Positions 1 through 17,976 of a DNA stretch of 64,000 bases are shown piece after piece. Both the position numbers and the translations under genes were made by a program. A model generated the notes under the pieces. It was not told the origin of the DNA. It did no database searches and was given only the letters and a program-made list of their open reading frames with translations. Source of the stretch: the human T2T-CHM13v2.0 reference genome, Homo sapiens; the NCBI RefSeq assembly GCF_009914755.1, contig NC_060946.1; one strand, written 5' to 3'. Numbering within the stretch: the first letter of the stretch is position 1; each line of letters begins with the position of its first letter.

Positions 1-1755
<1,755 letters not shown>

Positions 1756-2221
1756 TTCCTTCAAGCCACCAGCCACCTCACGCCCACAATCACCTGTGTC
1801 CCTGTTGGATCTGGGCTCCCCAAGGGCAGGGCTAGGCCCGCCTCCATCCCTGCTATGTCCCCAGTGCCTAGAACAAGGCCTGAGACACCTGAATTCCAAC
1901 ATGCATTAGCACTTACTCTAACTTGGGCATGGGAAACAGCCATTCTTGTGAAAAATGGTCAAACCTCCATTTCATCGGGTCCGCCCTAACTTGCATGAGG
2001 CACACCACGCAGAAGCTTACCCAGAGGACCTCGCCCCTCCGAACAACAGTCTGTGCAGAACAAGCCACCCTCAAACCCACTTTACAGACAAGAAACCAAG
2101 GCCCGGATAGGTGAATGAAGTCCCCATAGTCACACCTACATTTGCACGTAGGTGTCCCTGCCCCAAGGTGGGAGTCACCAGGAAGCCATTTCAGGATTTG
2201 CTGTTGAAATCCTGAAATACA

Positions 2222-2523
2222 GACCAGGCATGGTGGTTCACACCTGTAATCCCAGCACTTTGGGAGGCTGAGGAGAGTGGATCACCTGAGGTCAGGAGTT
2301 CAAGACCAGCCTGGCCAACATGGCGAAACCCCGTCTCTACTAAAAATACAAAACTAGCCAGGCATGGTGGCGGACACCTGTAGTCCCAGATACTCAGGAG
2401 GCTGAGACACGAGAATCGCTGGAACCAGGGAAACAGAGGCTGCAGTGAGACAAGATGGCACCACTGCACTCTAGCCTGGACAACAGAATTAGACCCTGTC
2501 TCAAAAAAAGAAGAAAAAAAAAA
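2222..2523 (+). mobile_element. AluS with a 16-bp TSD
   Basis: GAAATCCTGAAATACA at 2206-2221 and 2524-2539. Confidence 0.92.
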
Positions 2524-3700
2524 GAAATCCTGAAATACACCTAAACCAATGGTAACTAGTCTCTGCTTCAGGCCTCCCAAATGCCCCTCGCACTGCCCGG
2601 ACCCTCCAGAGCCCCCAGGCCTCCTCATGAACCAGTAACTAGTGGTCAGTGCTTGTGGCAACAGGGGCTCCCCAGGCCACCCGATTGGTCAGCACCAGCC
2701 CTGCTGGGTGGAAAATGCTCTCCCCTGTTCTGGCCCACAGTAGGCACTCAGTGGGCATAGCGGGCTGGAAAAGTGATGACTCAGCCTCACTCTTTGCTCC
2801 CCACCGCAGACCCCATGAGGGAATGGCACCTCAGCACTACAGGCTGTGCCCCCCTTCCTCTGGGGCCAGTGGATGTGAGGGGACTGTAGGGTGCAGAACA
2901 AGAGGGCTTTGAGGCAGCCCTATCTCCGGAGGGAAGTGGAGGAGATAGCACAGCTTCTCACTTTCCCAGCCTGTCCCAGAGCAGAGATAACCTGGAGGAG
3001 ACGGGGTGCCTGGAGCCCTGTGAGCAATAGGGCCACCCACCTGCCCCCCAGGTCTCCCACAGTCCCTGCTATCGCAGACTCCAGGCTGAAACCCGAGGAA
3101 CCGCTCGGAAGAGTGGCCCAAGACAGGCAGGTGATAAGCTGGGCCAGTCAGCATCCCCTGGAAAAAGGCCTGCAGGCTGCAACTGCCCCTTCCGCAAGCC
3201 TGGTGCCACCCGAACCTGCCCCGGGGAGCCCACCATCACCTGCCCCATGCTCCCCAGAGCTGCCCTAAGACATGGCCTCAGCCTAGCTGCCTTCAAAAGC
3301 GCCCGGTCCAGCCCTCTTGCTGACCAATGAAGAAGCTGAAAACAGAGAGGCTGGGGGTCTTGCCCAAGTCACACAGCATTTTGATGGCTGAGGGAGGACT
3401 TGAACCCACATCTCCTGGCTGCTGCAGGGAACACACCAGACTGCTGTTCTCAAATACGGCTCAAATATTAAGAGAAGGGGGCAGGGGGCTGGAAAGCACT
3501 AGGTCTAAACTCCAGAGGGGTGGGTTGGGGAGTGCAGAGAAAGAGGCAGAATCATGTGGAGAGTCTGGAGCTGGGAACCAGACAGCAGGTTTCTGTCTCC
3601 AGCTCTGCAACTAACCCACCGTGACACCTTGACCCAGTCTCTGCTCCTCTCTGAGCCTCAGTTTCCCAATATATGAAAAGGAGATAAGAATGGTTTTATC

Positions 3701-4243
<543 letters not shown>

Positions 4244-5359
4244 TTACCATAAGAGTTGCATAGTGGATTAAACGACTTAATTTGATTAAGGGACTTGGGG
4301 GAGTGGCTGGTCCCTAGCAGAGACTCTAAGGCGCTGCCGTTGTTACTCCATCTGTCCCTCCTCCTCCGCCAAGAATGCGGTGAAGGCAGGGGCTGGAGGT
4401 ATTTGACTCTCAACACGGGTCCCACGCTCATGGTGTCCACTCCTTCAGCAAGTTTCCTGAGGAATGGCTGCATTGCAGTCAGCGCTTCCATCAGGAAAGC
4501 ATGGGGGCCACGAGAGGCCAGCACACACGGCTGGATGAATGAGTGAGTGAGTGAGTGAATGAATGAGTGAATGAATCCATCTGCCCAGTTTCTCCCCAGT
4601 GGAGGCGCTCTCAGCCTAGTTTCCTCCTAGCCCTCCCCCGCCTCTGCTCCCTTGATAACTCTATGCCCCGCACCCACCCTGGCCCCAGGTAGAAGCAGCA
4701 GGTGGCCGGGGCTGCAGGTGGCCAGTGCAGAAGAGGCTCTTGCTCAGGGACAAATGTGCTGCTTCCCACAGACTAGCAGCCCAGACACTGCCTGCGTGTT
4801 GTCTGCCCAGCCCCAGCCTGAGCAAGCCTTCCTTGCAGGCCCAGAACTCTTAGTGCTTGGTGGCCAAGAGTGCTGGCTGGCCTGAGACCCAGAGCAGAGG
4901 CCTCACCCACAGCCAGCCCTGGAGGGCCAGCGACTGGAGGGTGAGTGATTCCCAGGTCTGGAACCACCAGGGCCCTGCTCTGGCCTTCAGTACATTCACA
5001 TGTAGCACCAAATCTGATTCCCATGGCAGGATGAAGGCATTGTTAGCTGGGGAAACTGAGGCTCAGGGTAGGAAGTGTCTTGCCCAAGGTCCCAGAGTAA
5101 GACAGAGGCAGAGAGGAATAGGAATCAGGGCTCAGTTCTTCCAGCCTGCAGTGCTGAGGGGGTCCTCATATCTCCTTGTTTCCCCCATCACCCACACCCC
5201 GCCCCCCAGGCGCAGTGTCCCAGCACGGGGCTCCTGTCTCCACTATCTCTCAAGAGTTCCTCGGAACCCCAGTTTCCTCATCATCGGTGTGACTGACCAT
5301 AGTTCCAGTTTCCTCCAACCGTGTGGTTGTGAGGATTCAATGACAGGCTGTCATTTGCA

Positions 5360-6210
5360 TAGACATTTCTCCAAAAGAGATCTACAAATGGCTAATAAGT
5401 GCATGAAAAGATGCTCAACATGACTGCTGATTACGGAAATGAAAATGGAAACCTGTCCCTTCAGTGGTGGGACCATGTCACACCCACTAGCATCGCTGTG
5501 ATCAAAAAGACAGGGTCCAGCGTTGGTGAGGATGTGGGGAAACTGGAGTCCTCCCAGGTTGCTGGTGGGAATGCAAAATGATTCAGCCGCTCTGGAAACC
5601 AGTTTGGCAGTTCCTCAAAATGTTAAACATGGAGCTGCCACGTGACCCAGCAATTTTCCTCCTAGATATTTACAAAGGAGAAATGAAAACATACGTCCAC
5701 ACAAAGGCATGTACAAGAATGCTCACGGAAATATTATTTTTAATAGTCAAAAGGTGAAAACAACCCAAATGTACATCAACGGATAAGTGGACACACAAAT
5801 TGTGGTATGTCCTTACAATGGAATATTACTTGGCCATGAAAAGGAATGTTCTTTCCAGCTGCTCTAGTGGAAGAACTAGCAACAAACAACAAGGAATGGA
5901 GGAGTGACACATGCCACAACATGATGCTCACTGAAAGAAGCCAGTCACAAAAGGCTACACATTGTAGGATTCCATTTATACGAAATGTCCAGAACAGAGA
6001 ACTCTCTAGAGACAGAAAGCAGAGGAGCGTTCCAGGGGCTGGAGGAGGGGAACAGGGAGTGGCTGCTGATGGGTGTTGCGTTTCTTTGCGGGATGATGTA
6101 AATGTTCTAGAATTAGATTGTGGTCATGGTTGTACAACTCTGTAAATATACTCAAAACCACTGACTCATATACTTTAAGTGGGTAAATTTTAGGGTATGT
6201 AAATTATCTC
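5360..6210 (+). mobile_element. Old L1 (L1MB/ME-type) ORF2 end and 3'UTR
   Basis: AGACATTTCTCCAAAAGAGA...GAAAAGATGCTCAACA; GACCCAGCAAT; GTGAAAGAAGCCAGTCACAAAAGG-like motif. Confidence 0.85.
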
Positions 6211-7355
6211 CCAAGAAAGTGCTGTAAAAAATGGGCTCGTCCAAGTCCAGGCTGGACAGCCTGCAGTTCAAGCCCAGGAGGCAGGAGCTACCGTGGATCT
6301 TATTCTTGCTATCTGCACTCTCATCTCTTTGACTCCTCACAACCACCCTGTAAGGTGGGCACTTGGCAGAGGAGGCAATTCAAGTTTTGGAGAAGGAGGA
6401 GACCCACTACTTCCCTGGTCTTCTGGACAGACAACAGCAGGGTGAGACTGGCTGGGGGCTCAGTGAGCTTCAATTCCACATGCCGGGGCTCTGTAGTAGA
6501 CTTGGGGAGGGGGGACTCTAAGGTCTCCAGGCCTCTGACCCTCCTACCCCCCCAACTGCAGGCCTCTGTTTTCCCATCTAGCAAAAGGGCTCCATCAGTG
6601 GTTTTCAAACTGTGCTCCAAGGCACCCTGGGGCCAAGAAGAGTTTGCAACCACCCTGAAGAGAGGATGTCCCCAAGGTCCTCCTGGGATCCCACCCACCT
6701 CCCTGCCTCCCCTTCAGTCCTGGTCCACCCCTGAAAGGCAGGATGTGGCTGCCAAAGGTAGGTAGGGAAAAGGAAGGCGTGGGGGGCTGTGCGCAGGAAT
6801 CTACATCCTGGGGACCCGGAGATGGGAACTCCAGGTGCCTGGAGCCTGGCTTCCGGCTCCATCCTAGGGAAGAAGCCTCGGCCGCCGCCTCCCGGGATGA
6901 AACCGCCTGGCTTGCAGCCCAGAGCTCTTCCCGGACACGGTGCCGGCATCTCAGCTTCCCTTCTGGTGGAGGAGACACTCTGGAGCCGCTTGCTCAGGGC
7001 TTGGGTTTCCAAGACTGGATCATCCATGGCTGTGGCTACTGAGTCCCAGATACCCCAAGTATCCAGCAAGAGAGTGAGGCTGGGCCTGTGCCGAGCGCTG
7101 GGGACCCTGCCCATTCTGTTTGCATGAATTTAACCCCAGCACTCCCTTCTGCGGAGGAGGACTACCAGGTTGGGGGATGTCCGTGAGCAACAGGACGCGG
7201 TGAGGCCTGAGGCCAAATGGAGCACCCCTGGCCCTTCCAAAGCGGGCAGTGGCTACTTGGCTCCAGCCTGCAATGGCCAGACTTTTGATTTTTCAAGAGA
7301 AGCCAGAAATCTGGGTTATAATTTGAAATCTCCAGAGTTTGGAAAAGTTTTATGA

Positions 7356-8080
<725 letters not shown>

Positions 8081-9457
8081 AAGCAGCATCTTGCAGATGA
8101 GAACACTGAGGCTCAGGGGAAGCAACACGTGCAGTCCCCGAGAGGCAAGTAGCCCAGCTCAGACTCAAGCCCGTCTCCGAATTCCAGATTCCAGGAAGGA
8201 CGCTTCCATGAAGCTATTCCTTTGCTTTGAAAAAAAAACAACCTTCCCTTTACAGCCTCGTCAAATAACAATGGAACACCCACCCATACACCGCAGCTCA
8301 AGGAAGCTGTTTCTGTGCTGATGCCTGCCATTCTCCAAGAAAAAACTCCGCCATTCACAGGGTGTGTTTAAGGCGGAGAAGAGAATACAAATGCATCTCC
8401 CCGCGTACCCGCCTAGGGCATCTCTGGGAAAATATACTCAAATACTCAAGAAACGGTGGGGGAACGGGGTGGGAGGAGGACTTCTCTCTCACTGCATATC
8501 CTTTGAGTATTTTGATGATTTGGACATGTGAACATATTCGCTCTTCAGCAAGTAAATGGTTGTTTTGTTTGTTTTTCATTGTTCCCTCAATTCATTCTGA
8601 GCCTGGGACAGGAAGGGGCATTTCCAGGTGTCTCTGGGGCCCAGAGCCAACTCCCTGGGAGCTGGAGAGAATTGGGGAGGGGAATTAAGCCTGGATGGGA
8701 CCCCCCGTGTGCCAACCACCCTGCAAATCCCCACCCACCCCTGTGTGCACAAGTACACTTGGTCCTCACAACCACCCCAGAATGGGAAAAAGTTACAATC
8801 CCTGTCTACACATGAGGAAACTGAGTCACACAACCAGAAGTTATGGAAGCCTGTTTGGAGCTTGGGGGTCAGGTCCTAGGCCCACCCCTGCTCCTCCCCA
8901 GGCCCTCCCGTTTCTCAGCTGAGGATCCACAGCCTGGGATCTGTCACAGCCCAACCCAGGCCCCAGGCCCCAGGCTCATTCTCCAGTTCCCTCTGGTGAG
9001 CTAGTGGGGCGGTTCTGGCCCCAATGGCACCACCACACTCCTGCCTACCCAGCTGGGCTTGGAGCAGCTGGATTCCTTCTGGGAATGGTCCCATCCCAGG
9101 TCCAAAGACCATCTGGGCTCCATCCAGAGTCATTTCCACCCCTGAACCTCCGGTGCAGCTGGGGGCTACACATACACCCCCGCCCGCCCCATGGAGCCTG
9201 TGCCTGGGAGTCCCTCGGTACTTCCTGCCCAAGGTAAGATTCGCAGGCAGGATACCCAGAGAACACAAGGTGTCCCCTTGGGCATCTCACAGCATCGCCA
9301 GGAAGAGTTTGGCACCCCATTGACTCCTCCTGTGAAGAGACCAGAGAGATTAGACCATTAGGTTAAAGTCACGCAGCCAATGGGCAGGAAGATAAACTGT
9401 GCTGTTATTCAGAGTCACCTAGACCTGCTTTGGGTTATAGAAGAAATATGCCAATAG

Positions 9458-9943
<486 letters not shown>

Positions 9944-10164
9944 AAGAAATATGCAAATATGGCAAATCCATTCTCATTGGAAAGGAGTCATACTATGCAG
10001 ATGAGGCTCCCCACTGCTCTCCATCCCCCTCCTCTGCTTCACTTTGCTCCCCAGCATCTACCCTTCCAGACGTGTCACAGGGCTACATGTGAATTACTGT
10101 CTGTCTCCCACGAGACAAGGACTGTGTCTGTTGTGTTACCCACTGTGTTGTGTTCCCAGCACCT

Positions 10165-10525
10165 TGAACATAAAATAAGGAGATCATCCTGGATGATTTG
10201 GGTGGGCCCAGCACAATCACAAGAATCCCTGGATGTGCAAGAGGGAGGCGGAAGAGCAAGTGTCAGGGTCAGAGGGAGTGGAAGACGCTGTGCTGCTGGC
10301 TTTGAGGGGAGGAAGGAACTGCAGGCCAAGGAATGCGAGCGGCCTCTAGGAGCTGCAAAGCCAAAGGAGAGCCCATGAAGGCACAGGCCCTGCCCGCACC
10401 TTGACTTTAGCCCACAAGACCCACTTCAGACTTCCGACCTCCAGAGCTGTAAGAGCTCACATCCCTATTATTTTAAACCGCTACATTTGTGGTCATTCCT
10501 CACAGCAGCAATAGGAAACTGATAG
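10165..10525 (+). mobile_element. MLT1 (ERVL-MaLR) LTR
   Basis: GGAGATCATCCTGGAT...CCAAGGAATGC...CAGCAATAGGAAACTGATA. Confidence 0.8.
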
Positions 10526-10579
10526 GAAACTAACGCAGTTACAGTGTGGGCTCAAAAACACTTTCCTCTGAATGTACAT

Positions 10580-11039
<460 letters not shown>

Positions 11040-12689
11040 TGAAGTGTTGGAAAGTGTGCTTCTTCATTGGTATGGAGCCCCACCTGGTCAGCACGGATCC
11101 AGCCCCCTCTTGCGTGTCCCTTTGTGCGGAGGGTGCTCACAGAGTACTGGCAGGCGTCCAGGGCCATTTTTCCTCTTTCACTATGACACACAGTGCCACG
11201 AGCGTGTCCATGAGCACGAGGGGGTGTTTCCTAAGACCTGCCTAGGCCGTTCCTCACTGTGGGACCTCGGGGACATCACATCCCCTCTCTGAGCCTCAGT
11301 GTCCTCATCTGTTAAATGGAGCATCTGATGGTCCCTCCCTCACAACGCGCTCTCCCTATGCCAAGCTGGTGCCCTCTCCTCTCCTCTTGGCAGGGCCCTG
11401 CAGGGGGGCAAAGGACACAGCGGGAGACTCCACCCTGACGCTCAGCTGTGATCAGCGTGTCAGGCCCTGCCTGGCTTGCCCTGTGGAGCTGAGCTCCAGG
11501 GAAGGCCCAGCCCAAGCTGCACACGCACCAGGCTCACAGAATGAAAAATCAGTCATGGGTGCTTGGGCTGGGTCATCAGAGCCTCTGAGGTCAGGGGCTC
11601 CAGGAGGAAGGATCACAGTGGCACAGTGATGGGGAAAGCAGGACATCCGGGAACAGCCTCCACACTGGCCACCCCTTGGCTGGGGACTGTGAGCCAGTCA
11701 CCATCCATGCCAGGCCTCAGAGTCCTCCCCTGTAAAGGAAGACAACAATGACCCCTCCTGGGCTGTGCTGGGGACCCAGCGAGGGAGCAAGATGTAAACA
11801 GAGATGGAAATGACACACTTCCTGGCCCTTAAGAAGCTCAGGTCTGGACACGAGTAAACAGGCTTTGACTTTGTAGAGAGAGGGGCTCCAAGAGGGAGCT
11901 GGGATCTCAGAGCCCCACCCCCACTCCATCCAGCCTGGGGAAGCAGGGAGGACTTCCCGAGGAAGGGGCATATGGAACCCTTGGGGCCGTGTAGCTAAGC
12001 CTGGAAATGCCCTTCTGCAGGGGTGGCCATCAGCCCTCCTGAGGCCCAGCAATGACCAGGCCAGGGCAGGAAGCCAGCCAGGGGACTCCAGAGGGGCTTT
12101 CTGGGCGGAAGTGGAGGTGGGGTTCCTCAAGGTGGAGAATGAGGTCAGGGCTTGGCCGACCCGGCAGGTGATTCCTCCTGGCCAGCCCCTGGCCTGTCCA
12201 GGGAGGCGGTCCCACCCCCAGGCCTGCCCCATCACCAGCCAGTGGTCAGGCCCGGGCTGCCTGATGCCCCCTGTGCTGACTCATGTCCGCCCGGCTGTCC
12301 CTGGCCGGAGGGAGGGGGCGGACCCTACTCCACACTTGACCTTATCAGGCCTTGCTGGTGTCCAGCCGCTGGAACGTGGGCAGGGCCTCGGCCTAGCAGG
12401 CACGACTCTGGACCTCCCAACCCCCTCCCTGACCTGGTTGGGAAGGGTGTGCATGAGCTCATGGGAGCCCCAGGCAGGGCAGGGCAGGGCAGGGCAGGCA
12501 GCGCGTCGGCCCAAGAAGGGATGAGGCCAACAGCCTGGCTGGGGTGCCCCCGTGGAGCTTGCCCGCGGCCCCCTGCCCGGCGGGACAGGGCTGGGCATGG
12601 GCTATTCTTAGTTCCCGAGTGGGCCCCAGATGTAGCAGCTGGTACCCTACATTCCTACCATACAGCCCAGCCTGGCACACAGGGCACGC

Positions 12690-12930
12690 ACCAGTATGAA
12701 GGCACACACATGTGGACACACCCATGCACAAGAACACTCCTACAACTGCACGAGCATACACATGAGCGTGAATGTGCAGTGGTGTGCACATGAGCATGTG
12801 CCTACATCTGTGTACAGAGACACGCTCACTCCACCTGCCTTTACGCAGACACACCAACTGCTATTCACATGTGTACAAACATGTGCACACCCACCTCCCA
12901 CAGGCACGCCAACATACACAGAGGCCTGCA
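12690..12930. repeat. Degenerate (CA)/(TG) purine-pyrimidine low-complexity tract
   Basis: CACACACATGTGGACACA...CATGTGCACAC. Confidence 0.7.
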
Positions 12931-13567
12931 TATAAGGCCCACCCAGGTGTACACTTCGGGGACACCAGCTGGCTGAGCGTCACTCAGCAACATAAGCAGC
13001 CCCGGGTCCCCGCCTATGTGTGCACACATCGAGTGCCAGCTTTAGAGAATTCCATTCCTTGCTGGCTCTGCTAATGATGCCCTCAGGGATGTCCCATTCT
13101 GGCAGCTGTAAACAGGCAACGAGCACAATGGGACTCTTGTTCTTTCAGGTGTAGCACAGAGGGCTGGAGGTGCACAGAGGAGTGGCGGCCCAGTGTAGGG
13201 TGGTCAGGGAAGGCTTCCTGGAGGAGGGGGTCTTCGAAGGAGCAAGCAGGGAAGGACATGCCTGTTTGAATGAACCCAGCCTAGACTGAGTAATTTTCTC
13301 TGCTTAGGGAAATAACAACCATGGCGGTAAACCCTTGTCACGCTCCTATTTACCACACACTTCCTCGGCACCAGACTCCATGTGTGTCATCTCATTTCAT
13401 CCTCATGACAACCTTATGAGGCGAGTCCTACTACGGTCACCATGTGCAGATGAAGCCCTTGAGGCAAAGACGGGCCTTGACATATGGCTGGTGAGTCTGA
13501 TCCCAAAGCCCGTGTTCTTAACCCAGCCTGCAGGCACTGGTGGCGACTTTGTTGGTCATGGAGGGTG

Positions 13568-14035
13568 TTCCAGTTATCCATTGCTATGCTGCAAATGATC
13601 CCAAAATTTAGTGGCTTAAAACAAGAGCAATCATTTGTTTCTCTCACAGATCTGCAAGTCAAGCCAGATGCCGCAAGAAGGCACAGCACTGCTCTATGAG
13701 GCATCAGCTGGGGCAACTTGAGTGGGAGCTGGAGGTCCCATTGGCTCTACTGGGGCTGACAGCTGGCAGGGGTAGAGGGTCCTCTGTTCCTTCCCACACC
13801 GGCCTTTCCATGGGGCTGTTGAGCTTCCTCACAGCATGGTGGCTGAGTCCCAAGAGGTGGGAAGTAGAAGTTGCAGTTTTTTATGGCCTGGGTCCAGAAA
13901 CTGACACAGCCTCACTGGCAACATATTGATCAAGCATCCACGGAGCCCAGATTCAAGGAAAAAGGACATAGACTCCCATCTTTCAAGAAGAGGAGTGTCA
14001 AATAATTGGGGGAAGAGCATGTTCTAAAACCACCA
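13568..14035. mobile_element. Old MLT1 LTR
   Basis: CCCAAAATTTAGTGGCTTAAAACAA; GCCCAGATTCAAGG. Confidence 0.7.
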
Positions 14036-14189
14036 GAATAAGAATGGAGGGGACTCCAAGGCAGACGACCAGTATCTAATGCAGAGCCTCCTGCCCTGTT
14101 CCAGACCTCAGAACTCCAGCCAGGGCCACAAGTCAGCCTAGTGCAGACCATAGACCACCCCACCCACCCCTGCTCATTTCCTTTACATT

Positions 14190-15610
<1,421 letters not shown>

Positions 15611-16039
15611 TCTCTCCTTCTTAAGATTCTGAGTTTCTGTTTTGACTCTATTTGACAGCATCAGTCAAATTGCAAACGGGCTTACCCTTTGACCCAGCAA
15701 TTCTCCTTCTAAGGAATCTTCCAGCCTCCAGAAGTCATCAAGCATGTGCAGAAGAGACAAGGCAAAAGTGTTCACAGTGGCTTCTTGTGTAACCAAGGAA
15801 AACTGGGAGCTGCCCCCATCTGCACCAATGGCCAGAGCAATTTATGGAACGTTTACGGAACACCGCGTCTGGTATGTGCCTATGAAACTTCTGCATTCAA
15901 CAGACAAAACTTCTGCATTCAAAACACCACATTTCAAAACAAAACTTCTGCATTCAGCATGCCACAGTCATGTGTGGAGAGCAGAGAGGAACCCTGGAGG
16001 GAGGAGCTGCAGACGGAGCAGGGCCGTGGGGCAGGTGTC

Positions 16040-16470
16040 TACTGGTTTCCTGTAATAAATTACCATACACTTGGTGGTGGAAATAACAGACATTTATTCT
16101 CATAGCTCTGGAGGCTAGAAGTCCAAAATCAAGGTGTCTACAGGGCCATGCTGCCTCCACAGCTCCAGGGGGCAATCTTTCAGCTTCTGGGGACTCCCGG
16201 GTTCCTTGGCCTGTGACCGCACTGTTCAATCCCTGCCTCTGACTTCACAGGGCCCTTTCCTCTCCTGAGTCTCTGTTTGCAAATCTCCCATCCCTTTCTC
16301 TTGTAAGAACACTCTAACTGGATTTAGGATCCACCCCAACCCAGGATGACCTCATTCTGAGATCCATACTCTAATTACATCTGCAAAAATCCTTATTCCA
16401 AATAAGGTCACGTTCTGAGGTGCAGAATAGACATGAATTTTGGGGAGATCCTTTTCAACCCACAACAATG
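16040..16470. mobile_element. MLT1A/B-type LTR
   Basis: CATTTATTCTCATAGCTCTGGAGGCTAGAAGTCCAAAATCAAGGTG; AATTACATCTGCAAA; CCAAATAAGGTCAC. Confidence 0.82.
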
Positions 16471-16671
16471 TGGAAGGCCAATGTGTCTTCTCCATCATTT
16501 GGTCCTGCTGCAAGGAGGGTGTGTTTCTGGACCTGTGTATTATTTGTGTATCATTTCATTTATGCCTAGTGTTCCATTATTGGGAATTATTTCTGTCCTC
16601 CTTCTCAAGGTCATTGCCAAGGTCTGATTGCAAAAGTTTTAAAAATTGCAACTTAAGGCATAAATGGGTTA

Positions 16672-17976
<1,305 letters not shown>

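Noticed and set aside
15885-15956. Repeat-spacer pattern as a CRISPR-like array
   Set aside because: Eukaryotic context, repeats too short, spacers irregular, and no cas genes.
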